A stretch of 64,000 nucleotides of DNA from a bacterium (GTDB taxonomy: Bacteria > Patescibacteriota > Patescibacteriia > Patescibacteriales > Patescibacteriaceae): positions 685 to 64,684 of the forward strand of contig JBDRKN010000020.1 in NCBI GenBank assembly GCA_043813955.1, read 5' to 3'. Positions 1 through 8,464 of this stretch are shown here, piece after piece. Below the pieces are notes generated by a model. That model was not told where the DNA came from. It saw only the letters and a program-made list of their open reading frames with translations, and searched no databases. The first letter of the stretch is position 1; every line of letters begins with the position of its first letter. Position numbers and translations under genes: made by a program.

Positions 1-783
1 TATGATGATAATTTTACTTCTAATATCAGAGAAAGTATAAAGCATAAGGTTCTTACATTTGGCTTTGATGAAAACGCTGATCTCACAGCTCAAAACATTA
101 TCTGTTCTTTTCAGCAATCTGATAATATTAACAGCTTGGCTGGAATTAATTTTAAGCTTAAATATGAAGGCGCATACATTCCTATTCTTCTGCCCCGCGT
201 AATCAGCTATGCGTCAATTTATGCAGCTATTGCTGGAGCAGCAGCAGGCTTTATTTACAAAATGAACGGAATTGAAATTGCTGACAGCCTTAAACAGTTT
301 AATCTTCCAAAAGGAAGAATGAATTTAATCAAAGGAATTAATAATTCAATGATTATTGATGATACGTATAATTCCTCTCCGCAATCAAGTATTGCTGCCT
401 TAGAGATTATAGATCAGATTAATCTTGACATAATCAAAACCAAATATATTGTTATGGGAGACATGCTTGAGCTTGGCAAAGACAGCGAAGCTGAACATAT
501 TAAGATTGGCAAAAAAATTGCCAGCATTCCAAAAGCAAAGCTTTTGGTTATTGGCTCAGAAGCTAAAAATATTGCCAAAGGCGCAAAACAAATGAATGAT
601 ATTAAAATATTTGATAATCAAAAAGAATTAATAAAATATTTGCAGGATAATATAAAAGCAGGGGATTTGATTTTAATAAAAGCTTCCCAAGGAATGCGCT
701 TGGAGAAAATAGTCAAATCCATTATGGCTGAGCCTGAAAAAGCCAAGGATCTATTAGTCAGGCAGGATAAAGGGTGGTTATAA
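1..783 (+). CDS. murF: UDP-N-acetylmuramoyl-tripeptide--D-alanyl-D-alanine ligase (MurF), C-terminal part; 5' end outside window
   Basis: Frame 1 is open from nt 1 into listed ORF 136..783. Mur-ligase C-terminal motifs are present (IIDDTYNSSPQS, VMGDMLELG, ASQGMRLEKIV). Confidence 0.8.
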   Translation, partial: YDDNFTSNIRESIKHKVLTFGFDENADLTAQNIICSFQQSDNINSLAGINFKLKYEGAYIPILLPRVISYASIYAAIAGAAAGFIYKMNGIEIADSLKQFNLPKGRMNLIKGINNSMIIDDTYNSSPQSSIAALEIIDQINLDIIKTKYIVMGDMLELGKDSEAEHIKIGKKIASIPKAKLLVIGSEAKNIAKGAKQMNDIKIFDNQKELIKYLQDNIKAGDLILIKASQGMRLEKIVKSIMAEPEKAKDLLVRQDKGWL

Positions 784-787
784 TTTC

Positions 788-814
788 TTGCACCCATATC
801 TACAATGCTATAAT
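788..814 (+). promoter_or_regulatory. sigma70-like promoter, TTGCAC-15-TATAAT with TGc extended -10
   Basis: Read directly: TTGCAC 788-793, TGC 806-808, TATAAT 809-814, just upstream of the 833/842 start. Confidence 0.4.
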
Positions 815-832
815 CTATTTTTATAATATAAT

Positions 833-2218
833 TTGAGTATTATGACCAAGCAAGCAATAACCAAATTAATCAAACAACCTGAATCAGAGATTTTTGAAAA
901 AAAGCCTTCGCTTTCTGATATTAGAAGAATTGTGGAAGTTGTTTGCTCTTTTGTTAATAGTAATGGCGGCAAGATTTTAATTGGAGTGAGTGAAAAAGGG
1001 AAAATGATAGGTGTTGATATTGGCAAGAATACAATTGAAAGATTAACTGACACAATTATTGATAATACTGATCCTAAAATTTATCCAGAAATTTTAACAT
1101 TAACCAAAGATAAAAAGAATTTGATTTTAATTTTAACTAAAGCAAGCCCTCAAAAACCGCATACTGCCTATGGCAGATCTTTTAAACGAGCTGGCAAGAA
1201 TACTAAATTAATGTCGCAGACGGAATATGAGAGATTATTGTTAGAAAAGAACAAGGACAAGATGCAGTTTGATACTGAAATCTGCAAGGACGCCACTTTT
1301 AAAGATATTAGTATTAGAAAAGTTAATTGGTATTTAAGGGGGAGAAAAAAAGCTAGGAATGTTTCTGATAAAGTAAAAATATCTGATAAACAATTGTTAA
1401 CCAATTTGAAATGCCTAAAAAGCAATAAGCCAACTAATGCTGGGATTCTATTTTTTGCCAAAGACCCTTTAAATTATGTTTCGCATGCACAGTTAAGATT
1501 AATAAGAATTAAAGGAATAAAAATTTATGGCAATATTTTGGATAGATTAGACTGTAAAGGAACATTATGGGAGATGGTCGGACAAGCAGAGGAATTCATT
1601 GGAAAGAATGTTAGACTTTTAGGCATAAGGTCAGAAAAGAGTTTTAGAAGAGAAGATAAATTTGATTATCCAATTAAGGCCTTGAGAGAGGCAATAATCA
1701 ATGCCTTGATTCACAGAGATTATTACAATTCTGCTGATGTAAGAGTTTTTATATTAGACGACCGAATAGAAATTGTCAGTCCAGGAAGTTTTCCAGAAGG
1801 AGTAACACCTGAACATCCTGAGCATAAACCTGTTAACAAAATTCTTTCAAATTTAATGTATGATATTGGTTTTATTGAAAAATATGGTTCTGGAATTTAT
1901 CTTATCAATGAATTATGTTTGGAAAATGGCAATAAAAAACCCGTTTATGATATCTCACCAAATCAAACCATGGTAACATTTAAGTCGCAGGTAAAAGACG
2001 TAACAGTTATTGAAATAGATAAAAAAATTATTAAAGAGTTTAATAAAAGACAAAGAATTTTTATCAAATCTAAAATAAAAAATGTGTCAAGAAGTCAATA
2101 TGCAAAATTGGTTAATTGTTCTATTAGGACAGCATCTAGTGATCTGCAGGATTTGTTGAGCAGGAAAATGGTAAAAAAAATAGGCGCAGGTAAGTATATT
2201 AGATATATTCGTATTTAA
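833..2218 (+). CDS. AlbA_2 (divergent AAA/Schlafen-like) + RecG-C-like HATPase_c_4 domain protein with C-terminal wHTH; putative DNA-binding regulator
   Basis: The N-terminus ESEIFEKKPSLSD...NSNGGKILIGV is typical of the AlbA_2 domain. The middle REAIINALIHRDY motif is typical of the RecG-like C-terminal ATPase-like domain. TTG at 833; ATG at 842 is an equally plausible start. Confidence 0.65.
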   Translation: MSIMTKQAITKLIKQPESEIFEKKPSLSDIRRIVEVVCSFVNSNGGKILIGVSEKGKMIGVDIGKNTIERLTDTIIDNTDPKIYPEILTLTKDKKNLILILTKASPQKPHTAYGRSFKRAGKNTKLMSQTEYERLLLEKNKDKMQFDTEICKDATFKDISIRKVNWYLRGRKKARNVSDKVKISDKQLLTNLKCLKSNKPTNAGILFFAKDPLNYVSHAQLRLIRIKGIKIYGNILDRLDCKGTLWEMVGQAEEFIGKNVRLLGIRSEKSFRREDKFDYPIKALREAIINALIHRDYYNSADVRVFILDDRIEIVSPGSFPEGVTPEHPEHKPVNKILSNLMYDIGFIEKYGSGIYLINELCLENGNKKPVYDISPNQTMVTFKSQVKDVTVIEIDKKIIKEFNKRQRIFIKSKIKNVSRSQYAKLVNCSIRTASSDLQDLLSRKMVKKIGAGKYIRYIRI

Positions 2219-2220
2219 TT

Positions 2221-2256
2221 CTCACGTGCAATCTCACGTGCAATCTCACGTGCAAT
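2221..2256. repeat. Perfect 3x tandem repeat of the 12-mer CTCACGTGCAAT (contains palindrome CACGTG)
   Basis: Read directly: 2221-2232, 2233-2244 and 2245-2256 are identical; the array starts 3 nt after the stop codon of the preceding gene. Confidence 0.95.
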
Positions 2257-2379
2257 AATTTGGCAAAGAAATTTTTTAAAATGGGTATTATAAAATTAAC
2301 TTAAACAAATTTAATTATAAAAAATTGGATAATTTAGTATTAAGCTGGTTTAAATTATGAAATTTGTTTTTAATTTTTC

Positions 2380-2408
2380 TTGCCCCCTGATATACAATAT
2401 GCTACAAT
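2380..2408 (+). promoter_or_regulatory. sigma70-like promoter TTGCCC-17-TACAAT with TGc extended -10
   Basis: TTGCCC 2380-2385, 17-nt spacer, TACAAT 2403-2408. It implies a ~180-nt leader before the ATG at 2598. Confidence 0.45.
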
Positions 2409-2540
2409 ACAACCACAGTTATCACAGATAATAATTATTAGTATAATAAAGCATAAAATGCTAAAACCGCGGAACAACAAATCGGAGAGAGAGAGTAAAT
2501 AGCGCTTTCCCTGTTTTTTGCAACAAAAAAATAATTATGT

Positions 2541-2568
2541 AAAAACACTATTTATAGTGTTTTTATTT
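2541..2568 (+). terminator. Terminator-like hairpin + T-run inside the leader of the DUF1566 gene
   Basis: AAAAACACTA-ttta-TAGTGTTTTT followed by ATTT, 30 nt upstream of the ATG at 2598. Confidence 0.4.
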
Positions 2569-2597
2569 ATATATTCTAAATAATTTAAAAAAACAAT

Positions 2598-4127
2598 ATG
2601 AAAACCAATAAAACACTAATTAACATTCTAAAGATGTGCATTGTTATACTAATAGTATCAATAATAACCAATATCATAGTAAGAGCAGGTTCTCTAACCC
2701 CCTCAGCCTCTCCAGCAGCAACCAGCTATACCCTTACAGACATATATACCAGATTAACAACAAATGCCACAGCTACAGAGGCAAACCATGTTTTCACGCC
2801 CTCTGCATCTCCAGCAGCCTCATTTTACACGCTAACCCAGATATATGACTCAATACCTACTATTACAGCAGCTAATGTATTCAATGGCATAGAATATCTA
2901 GGAATAACAGGAACATTAGATCTAGCCTGTAATGACCCTACATTTAACGGCACACTCAACAAAGTAGCAACAGCATACGATGGAGCAGGAGACGGGACTA
3001 ACAGATGGTGCATGACTAACTCAGGAGACGCTGTAGCAGGAGAAATGCTGTCTGGAAAGATAGCATGGGTAGACGGTATAGCAATAACCGGCTCTCTTGC
3101 CACCCAAACTCTGTCTGATCTCAATGATACAGTCGCGGCAGGAAATTACGCAGCTACCACATTATCTGCTGTAGACACTGATTTAGCCACAGCTAATATA
3201 TTATCAGGCAAAACAATATTTGGAATAGCAGGCAATTCTAATGTAGTTAATACCTCTACAGGAGATGCAATAGCAGGAGATCTGTTTAATAGCAAAATAG
3301 CATGGGTAGACGGCTCATCTGTTGCAGGAACATTAGATCTAGCCTGTAATGACCCTACATTTAATGGCACGCTCAACAAAGTAGCAACAGCCTATGACGG
3401 AGCAGGAGACGGAACTAACAGATGGTGCATGAGTGATTCTGGAACTGTTGCGGTTGGTGAAATGAAAACAGGAGAAGTAGCATGGGTAGACGGAGTAGCT
3501 ATCACTGGCACAGGAACCCAAACACTCTCAGCTGCCAACAGCACAGTCAATGCTGGCTATTACGCAGCAACCACGTTAGAAACAGTAGACACTGATTTGA
3601 CTGCTGCTAATATTTCCAGCGGTATTACTATCTTTGGCGTTGCTGGATCAGCTAGCGGAGCTTCTCTACATTCTGGCCAAACCACTTCCTATGGCACAGC
3701 TCCAGATGATGCTGATAATGACGGCACAGCCAAGAGCTATACTGATAATGCCAATGACACAGTTACTGATAACCATACTGGTCTAATATGGCAAAAGTAT
3801 GACCAAGTAGCAAAAACATGGGAAAACGCACTATCATATTGCGATACCCTAACCTTAGGCGGCAGTTCTGCTTGGCGATTACCCTCAAACGTAGAAGGCT
3901 TTACAATGTTTGACTATGGCTGCGCTGCTGCTGGCGGTTCTTGCTATGGTGATTATCAAAATAGCGCTTTAGACTGGACTAATACAACTGATACTGGCAT
4001 ACTATGGACATCTACTACTAGAGTTGACAGCTCAAGCAACGCCTACAACCTCTACGCTGAGCTTGGCAGCACTAACATGTACGGCGTTTCTAAGACTGGT
4101 ACGTATACCGTCCGCTGCGTCCGTTAG
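2598..4127 (+). CDS. Secreted/membrane-anchored repeat protein with C-terminal DUF1566 (Lcl C-terminal-like) domain
   Basis: N-terminal hydrophobic segment; PSASPAA-x-YTLT-x-IY motif twice; ~139-aa internal repeats (IAWVDG three times). The C-terminus TGLIWQK...W..A..YC..L.LGG.SAWRLPS is typical of DUF1566. Confidence 0.7.
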   Translation: MKTNKTLINILKMCIVILIVSIITNIIVRAGSLTPSASPAATSYTLTDIYTRLTTNATATEANHVFTPSASPAASFYTLTQIYDSIPTITAANVFNGIEYLGITGTLDLACNDPTFNGTLNKVATAYDGAGDGTNRWCMTNSGDAVAGEMLSGKIAWVDGIAITGSLATQTLSDLNDTVAAGNYAATTLSAVDTDLATANILSGKTIFGIAGNSNVVNTSTGDAIAGDLFNSKIAWVDGSSVAGTLDLACNDPTFNGTLNKVATAYDGAGDGTNRWCMSDSGTVAVGEMKTGEVAWVDGVAITGTGTQTLSAANSTVNAGYYAATTLETVDTDLTAANISSGITIFGVAGSASGASLHSGQTTSYGTAPDDADNDGTAKSYTDNANDTVTDNHTGLIWQKYDQVAKTWENALSYCDTLTLGGSSAWRLPSNVEGFTMFDYGCAAAGGSCYGDYQNSALDWTNTTDTGILWTSTTRVDSSSNAYNLYAELGSTNMYGVSKTGTYTVRCVR

Positions 4128-4170
4128 GCAATGAATTAATAATTTGGTCATTCTTAGATTTTCTAAATAA

Positions 4171-4196
4171 AAAAGCCTGCTTTAGAGCAGGCTTTT
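4171..4196. terminator. Bidirectional intrinsic terminator between convergent genes
   Basis: AAAAGCCTGC-tttaga-GCAGGCTTTT: 7-bp GC-rich stem flanked by an A-run and a T-run. Confidence 0.7.
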
Positions 4197-4233
4197 GCAA
4201 GAGAGGACGTATCTTGCTTAGGCATTCGGCTAT

Positions 4234-4890
4234 TTAGAGCCGAATTTTTCTTTCTTTCCCTTTTAATAAATTCATGATATTGTCTCTATGCTGAATAAAG
4301 GCGATCAGAAATATGAAAATAACAGCTCCTGTTAGCCACAATACGTAGGAATCAAAAAAATTCTCTTGGGATATGTAGATATTTAATAACCTGCCTAATA
4401 ATAATGTAGAAGAAGCAATTAATGAGCTTAAAGAAACATATTTCCAAAAAAAGAAAACGACTACAAAAATTATAATCAAGCTAACTGATACTTCCCAGCC
4501 CAAAATAGTGATTATGGTTCCAAAACTTGTAGCAATAGCCTTGCCTCCTTTAAAACTAATAAATGCTGAAAAGCAATGGCCTAGTATTGGAGCTATAACT
4601 ATGAGAAATAGCAAGAGGTAATCAGAGTCATACCCTAGGACAAATTTAACAATAACTATTGGCAACAAGCCTTTTGCAAAATCTCCTAAAAAGGTTAAGA
4701 AAGCCCATTTCTTGCACTTTCTGCTGGAAAGGTTATGGGTTTTACATATCCTATATACATTCGTGCAGCCAATCCCACCGCTACCAAATTTACGAATATC
4801 TTTGTTAATAATTTTTTTAACAATTAGATATCCTATAGGTATTGCGCCCATAAAATAGGCGCAGGCTATTAAGAAAATTGAAAAGAGCAT
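4234..4890 (-). CDS. plsY: Glycerol-3-phosphate acyltransferase PlsY
   Basis: Polytopic membrane protein of ~218 aa with the FGSGGIGCTNVYR motif (PlsY GSGN.G.TN signature region). Confidence 0.8.
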   Translation of the reverse strand: MLFSIFLIACAYFMGAIPIGYLIVKKIINKDIRKFGSGGIGCTNVYRICKTHNLSSRKCKKWAFLTFLGDFAKGLLPIVIVKFVLGYDSDYLLLFLIVIAPILGHCFSAFISFKGGKAIATSFGTIITILGWEVSVSLIIIFVVVFFFWKYVSLSSLIASSTLLLGRLLNIYISQENFFDSYVLWLTGAVIFIFLIAFIQHRDNIMNLLKGKERKIRL

Positions 4891-4960
4891 ACAACACCTT
4901 TGTTTTTGTTATATAAAATATTTATTATAAAAATGCAATAAGGTTCTGGGACAATACAAA

Positions 4961-5248
4961 TTAAGAAAACCAGTTCTTAAAAATATTTTTAATAAAAATA
5001 AATAGACCAATTGAAAGCAATTTGATAAACTTTTCCCGGGAAATACCAATTTTTTCCAAATGTTTTAAAAGCTGATGCCTTACGCCGATAGAAACAGTTT
5101 GAGCTTTTGGCACAGATAAAATAATGCGGGATTCTGGATGAACCAAACGAGTATGACTGCCCTTGCCGCCTTTCTTAATTTTAAAACCGAGCCGCTTAGC
5201 GGCTTGGATAAATTCTTTAGAAGAAAATGCTGGCAGTTTCTCGCTCAT
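4961..5248 (-). CDS. hicA: HicA-family toxin (type II TA)
   Basis: KEFIQAAKRLGFKIKKGGKGSHTRLVHP matches the HicA dsRBD-like fold signature (GSH). It lies immediately downstream of a HicB-like gene. Confidence 0.7.
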   Translation of the reverse strand: MSEKLPAFSSKEFIQAAKRLGFKIKKGGKGSHTRLVHPESRIILSVPKAQTVSIGVRHQLLKHLEKIGISREKFIKLLSIGLFIFIKNIFKNWFS

Positions 5249-5254
5249 ATAAAA

Positions 5255-5497
5255 TTAATTAGTCGCCAGCTCAAGTTGAAGTTCGCCTTCTACTTTAAGA
5301 AGAAAAGGATCGGATAATCTATCAGGCACGCCAAAATAAGTAAAGACAGAATCTTTCATATTCAAAATAGCTTCCTCTTGGGTTTTGCCTTGAGAATAGC
5401 AGCCAGGAATATCAGGAGAATCAGTCCACCAAATACCGTCTTCTCCCAAATGAACCCGGATAGCAAATTTTTTAGGAATTTGTTCTAAACTTTCCAT
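5255..5497 (-). CDS. hicB: HicB-family antitoxin (UPF0150-like)
   Basis: 80 aa; the FAIRVHLGEDGIWWTDSPDIPGCYSQGKTQEEAILNMKDSV pattern is typical of the HicB N-terminal domain. There is a 6-nt gap to hicA. Confidence 0.65.
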   Translation of the reverse strand: MESLEQIPKKFAIRVHLGEDGIWWTDSPDIPGCYSQGKTQEEAILNMKDSVFTYFGVPDRLSDPFLLKVEGELQLELATN

Positions 5498-5597
5498 ATG
5501 CCAGTAGTATATACCTGTTAAAAATCAAAGTCAAATTCAAAAAACAATTTTAATCATTCGGCATGAACGGGGCAAAAAAACGGTATATTTAATTTTG

Positions 5598-5669
5598 TAG
5601 TCCCTAGGGGAATTGAACCCCTCTTTCCAGGTTGAGAACCTGACGTCCTAACCAATAGACGAAGGGACC
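5598..5669 (-). tRNA. tRNA-Glu (anticodon CUC), no encoded CCA
   Basis: The reverse complement GGTCCCTTCGTCTATTGGTTAGGACGTCAGGTTCTCAACCTGGAAAGAGGGGTTCAATTCCCCTAGGGACTA folds by hand into a cloverleaf: 7-bp acceptor with G1:U72, GTCT/GGAC D stem, TCAGG/CCTGG anticodon stem, loop TTCTCAA, AGGGG/CCCCT T stem. Confidence 0.85.
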
Positions 5670-6607
5670 TAGCCTAATATACTGCCAATAAAATCTTGGT
5701 TTCCATTTAAAAATTCTTTAGATGAAAGCTCATTCTTGCCCTGTATTTGCAATTTTTCAATAATTAAAGCATCTTTGCCGCATTGTATTGCCAGCCCATT
5801 ATTATACATAAAAGTCTTTCCTATTTTCTGGCTGTTTATAGTAATAATCTCATGCTGAACATGCGTAATTTTTAATTGCTTGCCCTTAACCCATGTCCAT
5901 GCGCCAGGCCAATGGCCCAAAGCTCGGACAAAACGCTCAATTTCTTGAGCTGATTTTTGCCAGTCAATCAAGCCGTCGCTTTTTTTAATTTGATGAACAT
6001 AATTAGCCTTGCTGTCATCCTGTGGCTGTGGTTCAATTTTACCTTTAATATATTTTTTAATAGTTGGAATTAATAACTTAGCGCCTGCTTCAGCTAAGCG
6101 GTCATACAAGCTGACTGTTGTTTCCTCAGAGCTAATAACTGTTTTAGCTTGGCTTAAAATCGGGCCAGTGTCAAGAGTTTCATCCATGACCATAATGGTA
6201 ACGCCAGTCTCTTTTTCATTGTTGAGAATAACGGCGTGAATCGGAGAAGCTCCGCGATATTTAGGCAAGAGAGAGGCATGAACATTAAGACAGCCATATT
6301 TAGGCAAGCGCAGGACATCTGGAGGAATAATCTGCGCATAAGCAGCTATTACAATAATATCTGGCTGCAACTTTCTAATATTCTCCATTACTTGGATAAT
6401 ATTCTGAGGCTGCCAGATATTTTCAATCTGGTATTTTACAGCAAGCTCCTTAACAGGAGGAGCAGTTATAACCTGTTTTCTTCCAATTGGCATATCTGGC
6501 TGTGTAATAACAGCCTGAATCTTAAAATCAGCATCTTTGTATAATGCTTTAAGAGCTGGCAAGGCAAAATCCGGCGTGCCAGCAAAAATTGTCTTTATGC
6601 TGTTCAT
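5669..6607 (-). CDS. fmt: Methionyl-tRNA formyltransferase
   Basis: Full-length similarity to Fmt (FAGTPDFA, LNVHASLLPKYRGASPI). The 4-nt overlap with def upstream gives the classic def-fmt operon. Confidence 0.9.
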   Translation of the reverse strand: MNSIKTIFAGTPDFALPALKALYKDADFKIQAVITQPDMPIGRKQVITAPPVKELAVKYQIENIWQPQNIIQVMENIRKLQPDIIVIAAYAQIIPPDVLRLPKYGCLNVHASLLPKYRGASPIHAVILNNEKETGVTIMVMDETLDTGPILSQAKTVISSEETTVSLYDRLAEAGAKLLIPTIKKYIKGKIEPQPQDDSKANYVHQIKKSDGLIDWQKSAQEIERFVRALGHWPGAWTWVKGKQLKITHVQHEIITINSQKIGKTFMYNNGLAIQCGKDALIIEKLQIQGKNELSSKEFLNGNQDFIGSILG

Positions 6608-7074
6608 ACCTGTTTATTTAAACTCCTAGCCTTGTCTATGAATAGAATGCCGTCTAAATGATCAATCTCGTGCTGGATTACGCGAGCCATCATGCCCTTA
6701 GCCTGAATGTTTTTTTCTTTTCCAGACTTGTCTAAAAATTTGCATTTAATTTTCTTAAAACGCTTGACTTTGCCAAAAACATCTGGAACAGACAAGCATC
6801 CTTCTTCGCCCCATTCCTTAGTTAATGAAGTTTTAACAATCTTTGGATTAATCATTATTAAAACTCCGTCTTTAATATTAATTGCAATTAAACAAATATT
6901 CTTTCCTATTTGAGGAGCTGCCAAGCCAGCTCCGTCATCTCTGACCATGGTCTGAGACAAATCAAGGCATAACTGCTGAAATTCTTTATGAGATATTATT
7001 TTCTTGCTCACTAATTCTGACCTTTTTCTCAATATAGGGTTTGGCTCTATTAAAATTTTTAATATATTTGACAT
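6604..7074 (-). CDS. def: Peptide deformylase
   Basis: The three PDF motifs are present: GAGLAAPQIG, EGCLS, QHEIDHL. Confidence 0.9.
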   Translation of the reverse strand: MSNILKILIEPNPILRKRSELVSKKIISHKEFQQLCLDLSQTMVRDDGAGLAAPQIGKNICLIAINIKDGVLIMINPKIVKTSLTKEWGEEGCLSVPDVFGKVKRFKKIKCKFLDKSGKEKNIQAKGMMARVIQHEIDHLDGILFIDKARSLNKQV

Positions 7075-7148
7075 AATTATAAAAAAGTATTAAGATTTTA
7101 AATAAATAATAGCTCATTTTAACAAAAAAATCAAGTCAGGCGGCAATT

Positions 7149-7379
7149 ATGGTTACTCAATTATCAGACGGAACTTACCAGGTTTTTGGAATTTTATTAT
7201 ACAAAAATCAAAGATGTTTTTTCCTTAAAGACTATGAACATAATAATTGTATTATTGATTATCGAGAGAGCATTTACAAAAGAATGCTTCCATGGAATAT
7301 TTCATTAAAAACTAAATTTAAGGTTATTTCAGTTAATGGCAGCAAAAAAATTAATATTATACTTAGGGGCATACTTTAG
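7149..7379 (+). CDS. Hypothetical small protein (76 aa)
   Basis: An ORF that ends inside a good intrinsic terminator. I recognise no family. Confidence 0.4.
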   Translation: MVTQLSDGTYQVFGILLYKNQRCFFLKDYEHNNCIIDYRESIYKRMLPWNISLKTKFKVISVNGSKKINIILRGIL

Positions 7380-7390
7380 CCCCTTTTTTT
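7366..7390 (+). terminator. Intrinsic terminator
   Basis: GGGGC-atacttta-GCCCC followed by T7. Confidence 0.6.
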
Positions 7391-7411
7391 ATTATCTGCT
7401 ATACTATTTAC

Positions 7412-7663
7412 ATGAAACAATTAGGCGATATTTTCAAAAACAGGAAAGTTAAAAAACCGCCAGCTTATGAATGGCAGGATTTAGCTTTGCGCATGATTGA
7501 AGAGCTGAGGATTCCTAAATTCAAGCGCAGTTCTGTTTTTAAAATATGCAAAGAAAACTCCAGGGAAGCTATTGAACAAGCTTTTAATGACACAAAAGAA
7601 CTCTGCCCAGACGGACAGAGTTGGAAGTATTTTTTCAAAATTATTTCTAAAAAGAATAATTAA
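7412..7663 (+). CDS. Hypothetical protein (83 aa)
   Basis: ORF only. The 3' end overlaps the convergent gene 7647..8432 by 17 nt. Confidence 0.4.
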   Translation: MKQLGDIFKNRKVKKPPAYEWQDLALRMIEELRIPKFKRSSVFKICKENSREAIEQAFNDTKELCPDGQSWKYFFKIISKKNN

Positions 7664-8432
7664 CTACTAAACATCCAACTCCAAAAGGATGTTCATATGA
7701 CAGCAATTTAGCTGTTTTTTTCATGTCTGATAATAAGCCAAGCAGTATCATAATCGGCCTTAGGCCTGTTTCATTAACATCTTTAATTAGCTTTGGATCA
7801 ATCTTTAATATGTTAATATCATCATTCTCAATAGCTTTAATAACTTTTTTATCAAACTTTTTAGCCTGCAAAGAATAACCTGCTAAAGCTTGCCTGCTAA
7901 GGCAGCAGGATAAATCAGCAGAAACAATAATAGCTATCTTTCTCTGGCTGATTACAAGCTCATGCCTTAATAGCTGTCCAAACTCATAATGGCTCTTTAA
8001 ATCCTGCTGTGAATTGTAAATAGGGATAATTTTAACATTAGGCAGATTCTTTGTTAATAAAAACAATGGCACAGCTGATCCAGAATCAAGAACAGGCTCA
8101 TTAATAATCTGCAATTGTGTTTTTGATTCTAAATTTTCTTTAAGCCTCGCAGCTAGCTCAACATCTCCGGATAATTTAAACTTATTAGTCAAATCCCCAA
8201 ATTCTTCAAACTTTCCCTCAAATTCAGAGCTGATATTCAAGCTAAAAGCCTCTGGCTGAATCAAGCCATGCGGTGAAAGAATAATTATGGTTTCTGGCTT
8301 AACAGATTCCAAAGCAACCCTTAACTTATCATACGCAGTTAAGGTCTGTTTTAATTGATTAGTATTTTCTTTTCCCACTTCAGGAATCAGCAGAGGAGAG
8401 TGGGAAGCGATTGCAGAAAAAATTACAGACAT
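7647..8432 (-). CDS. Class III extradiol dioxygenase subunit B (LigB/MEMO-like) family protein
   Basis: N-terminal AIASHSPLLIP and ILSPHG motifs at family-typical positions, ~260 aa. Family-level call only. Confidence 0.5.
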   Translation of the reverse strand: MSVIFSAIASHSPLLIPEVGKENTNQLKQTLTAYDKLRVALESVKPETIIILSPHGLIQPEAFSLNISSEFEGKFEEFGDLTNKFKLSGDVELAARLKENLESKTQLQIINEPVLDSGSAVPLFLLTKNLPNVKIIPIYNSQQDLKSHYEFGQLLRHELVISQRKIAIIVSADLSCCLSRQALAGYSLQAKKFDKKVIKAIENDDINILKIDPKLIKDVNETGLRPIMILLGLLSDMKKTAKLLSYEHPFGVGCLVVNYSF

Positions 8433-8464
8433 AAATGAAAGCAGGCCTTGGGCCTGCTCCTTAA

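Noticed and set aside
808-1461. Minus-strand ORFs 808..1053 and 1168..1461
   Set aside because: Both lie entirely inside the well-supported plus-strand AlbA_2/HATPase_c_4 gene and have no signals of their own.
2636-3521. ORFs 2636..2848 (+), 2825..3124 (-), 3146..3379 (-) and 3339..3521 (-)
   Set aside because: They are embedded in the DUF1566 repeat-protein gene, where repetitive GC-richer DNA opens spurious frames on both strands.
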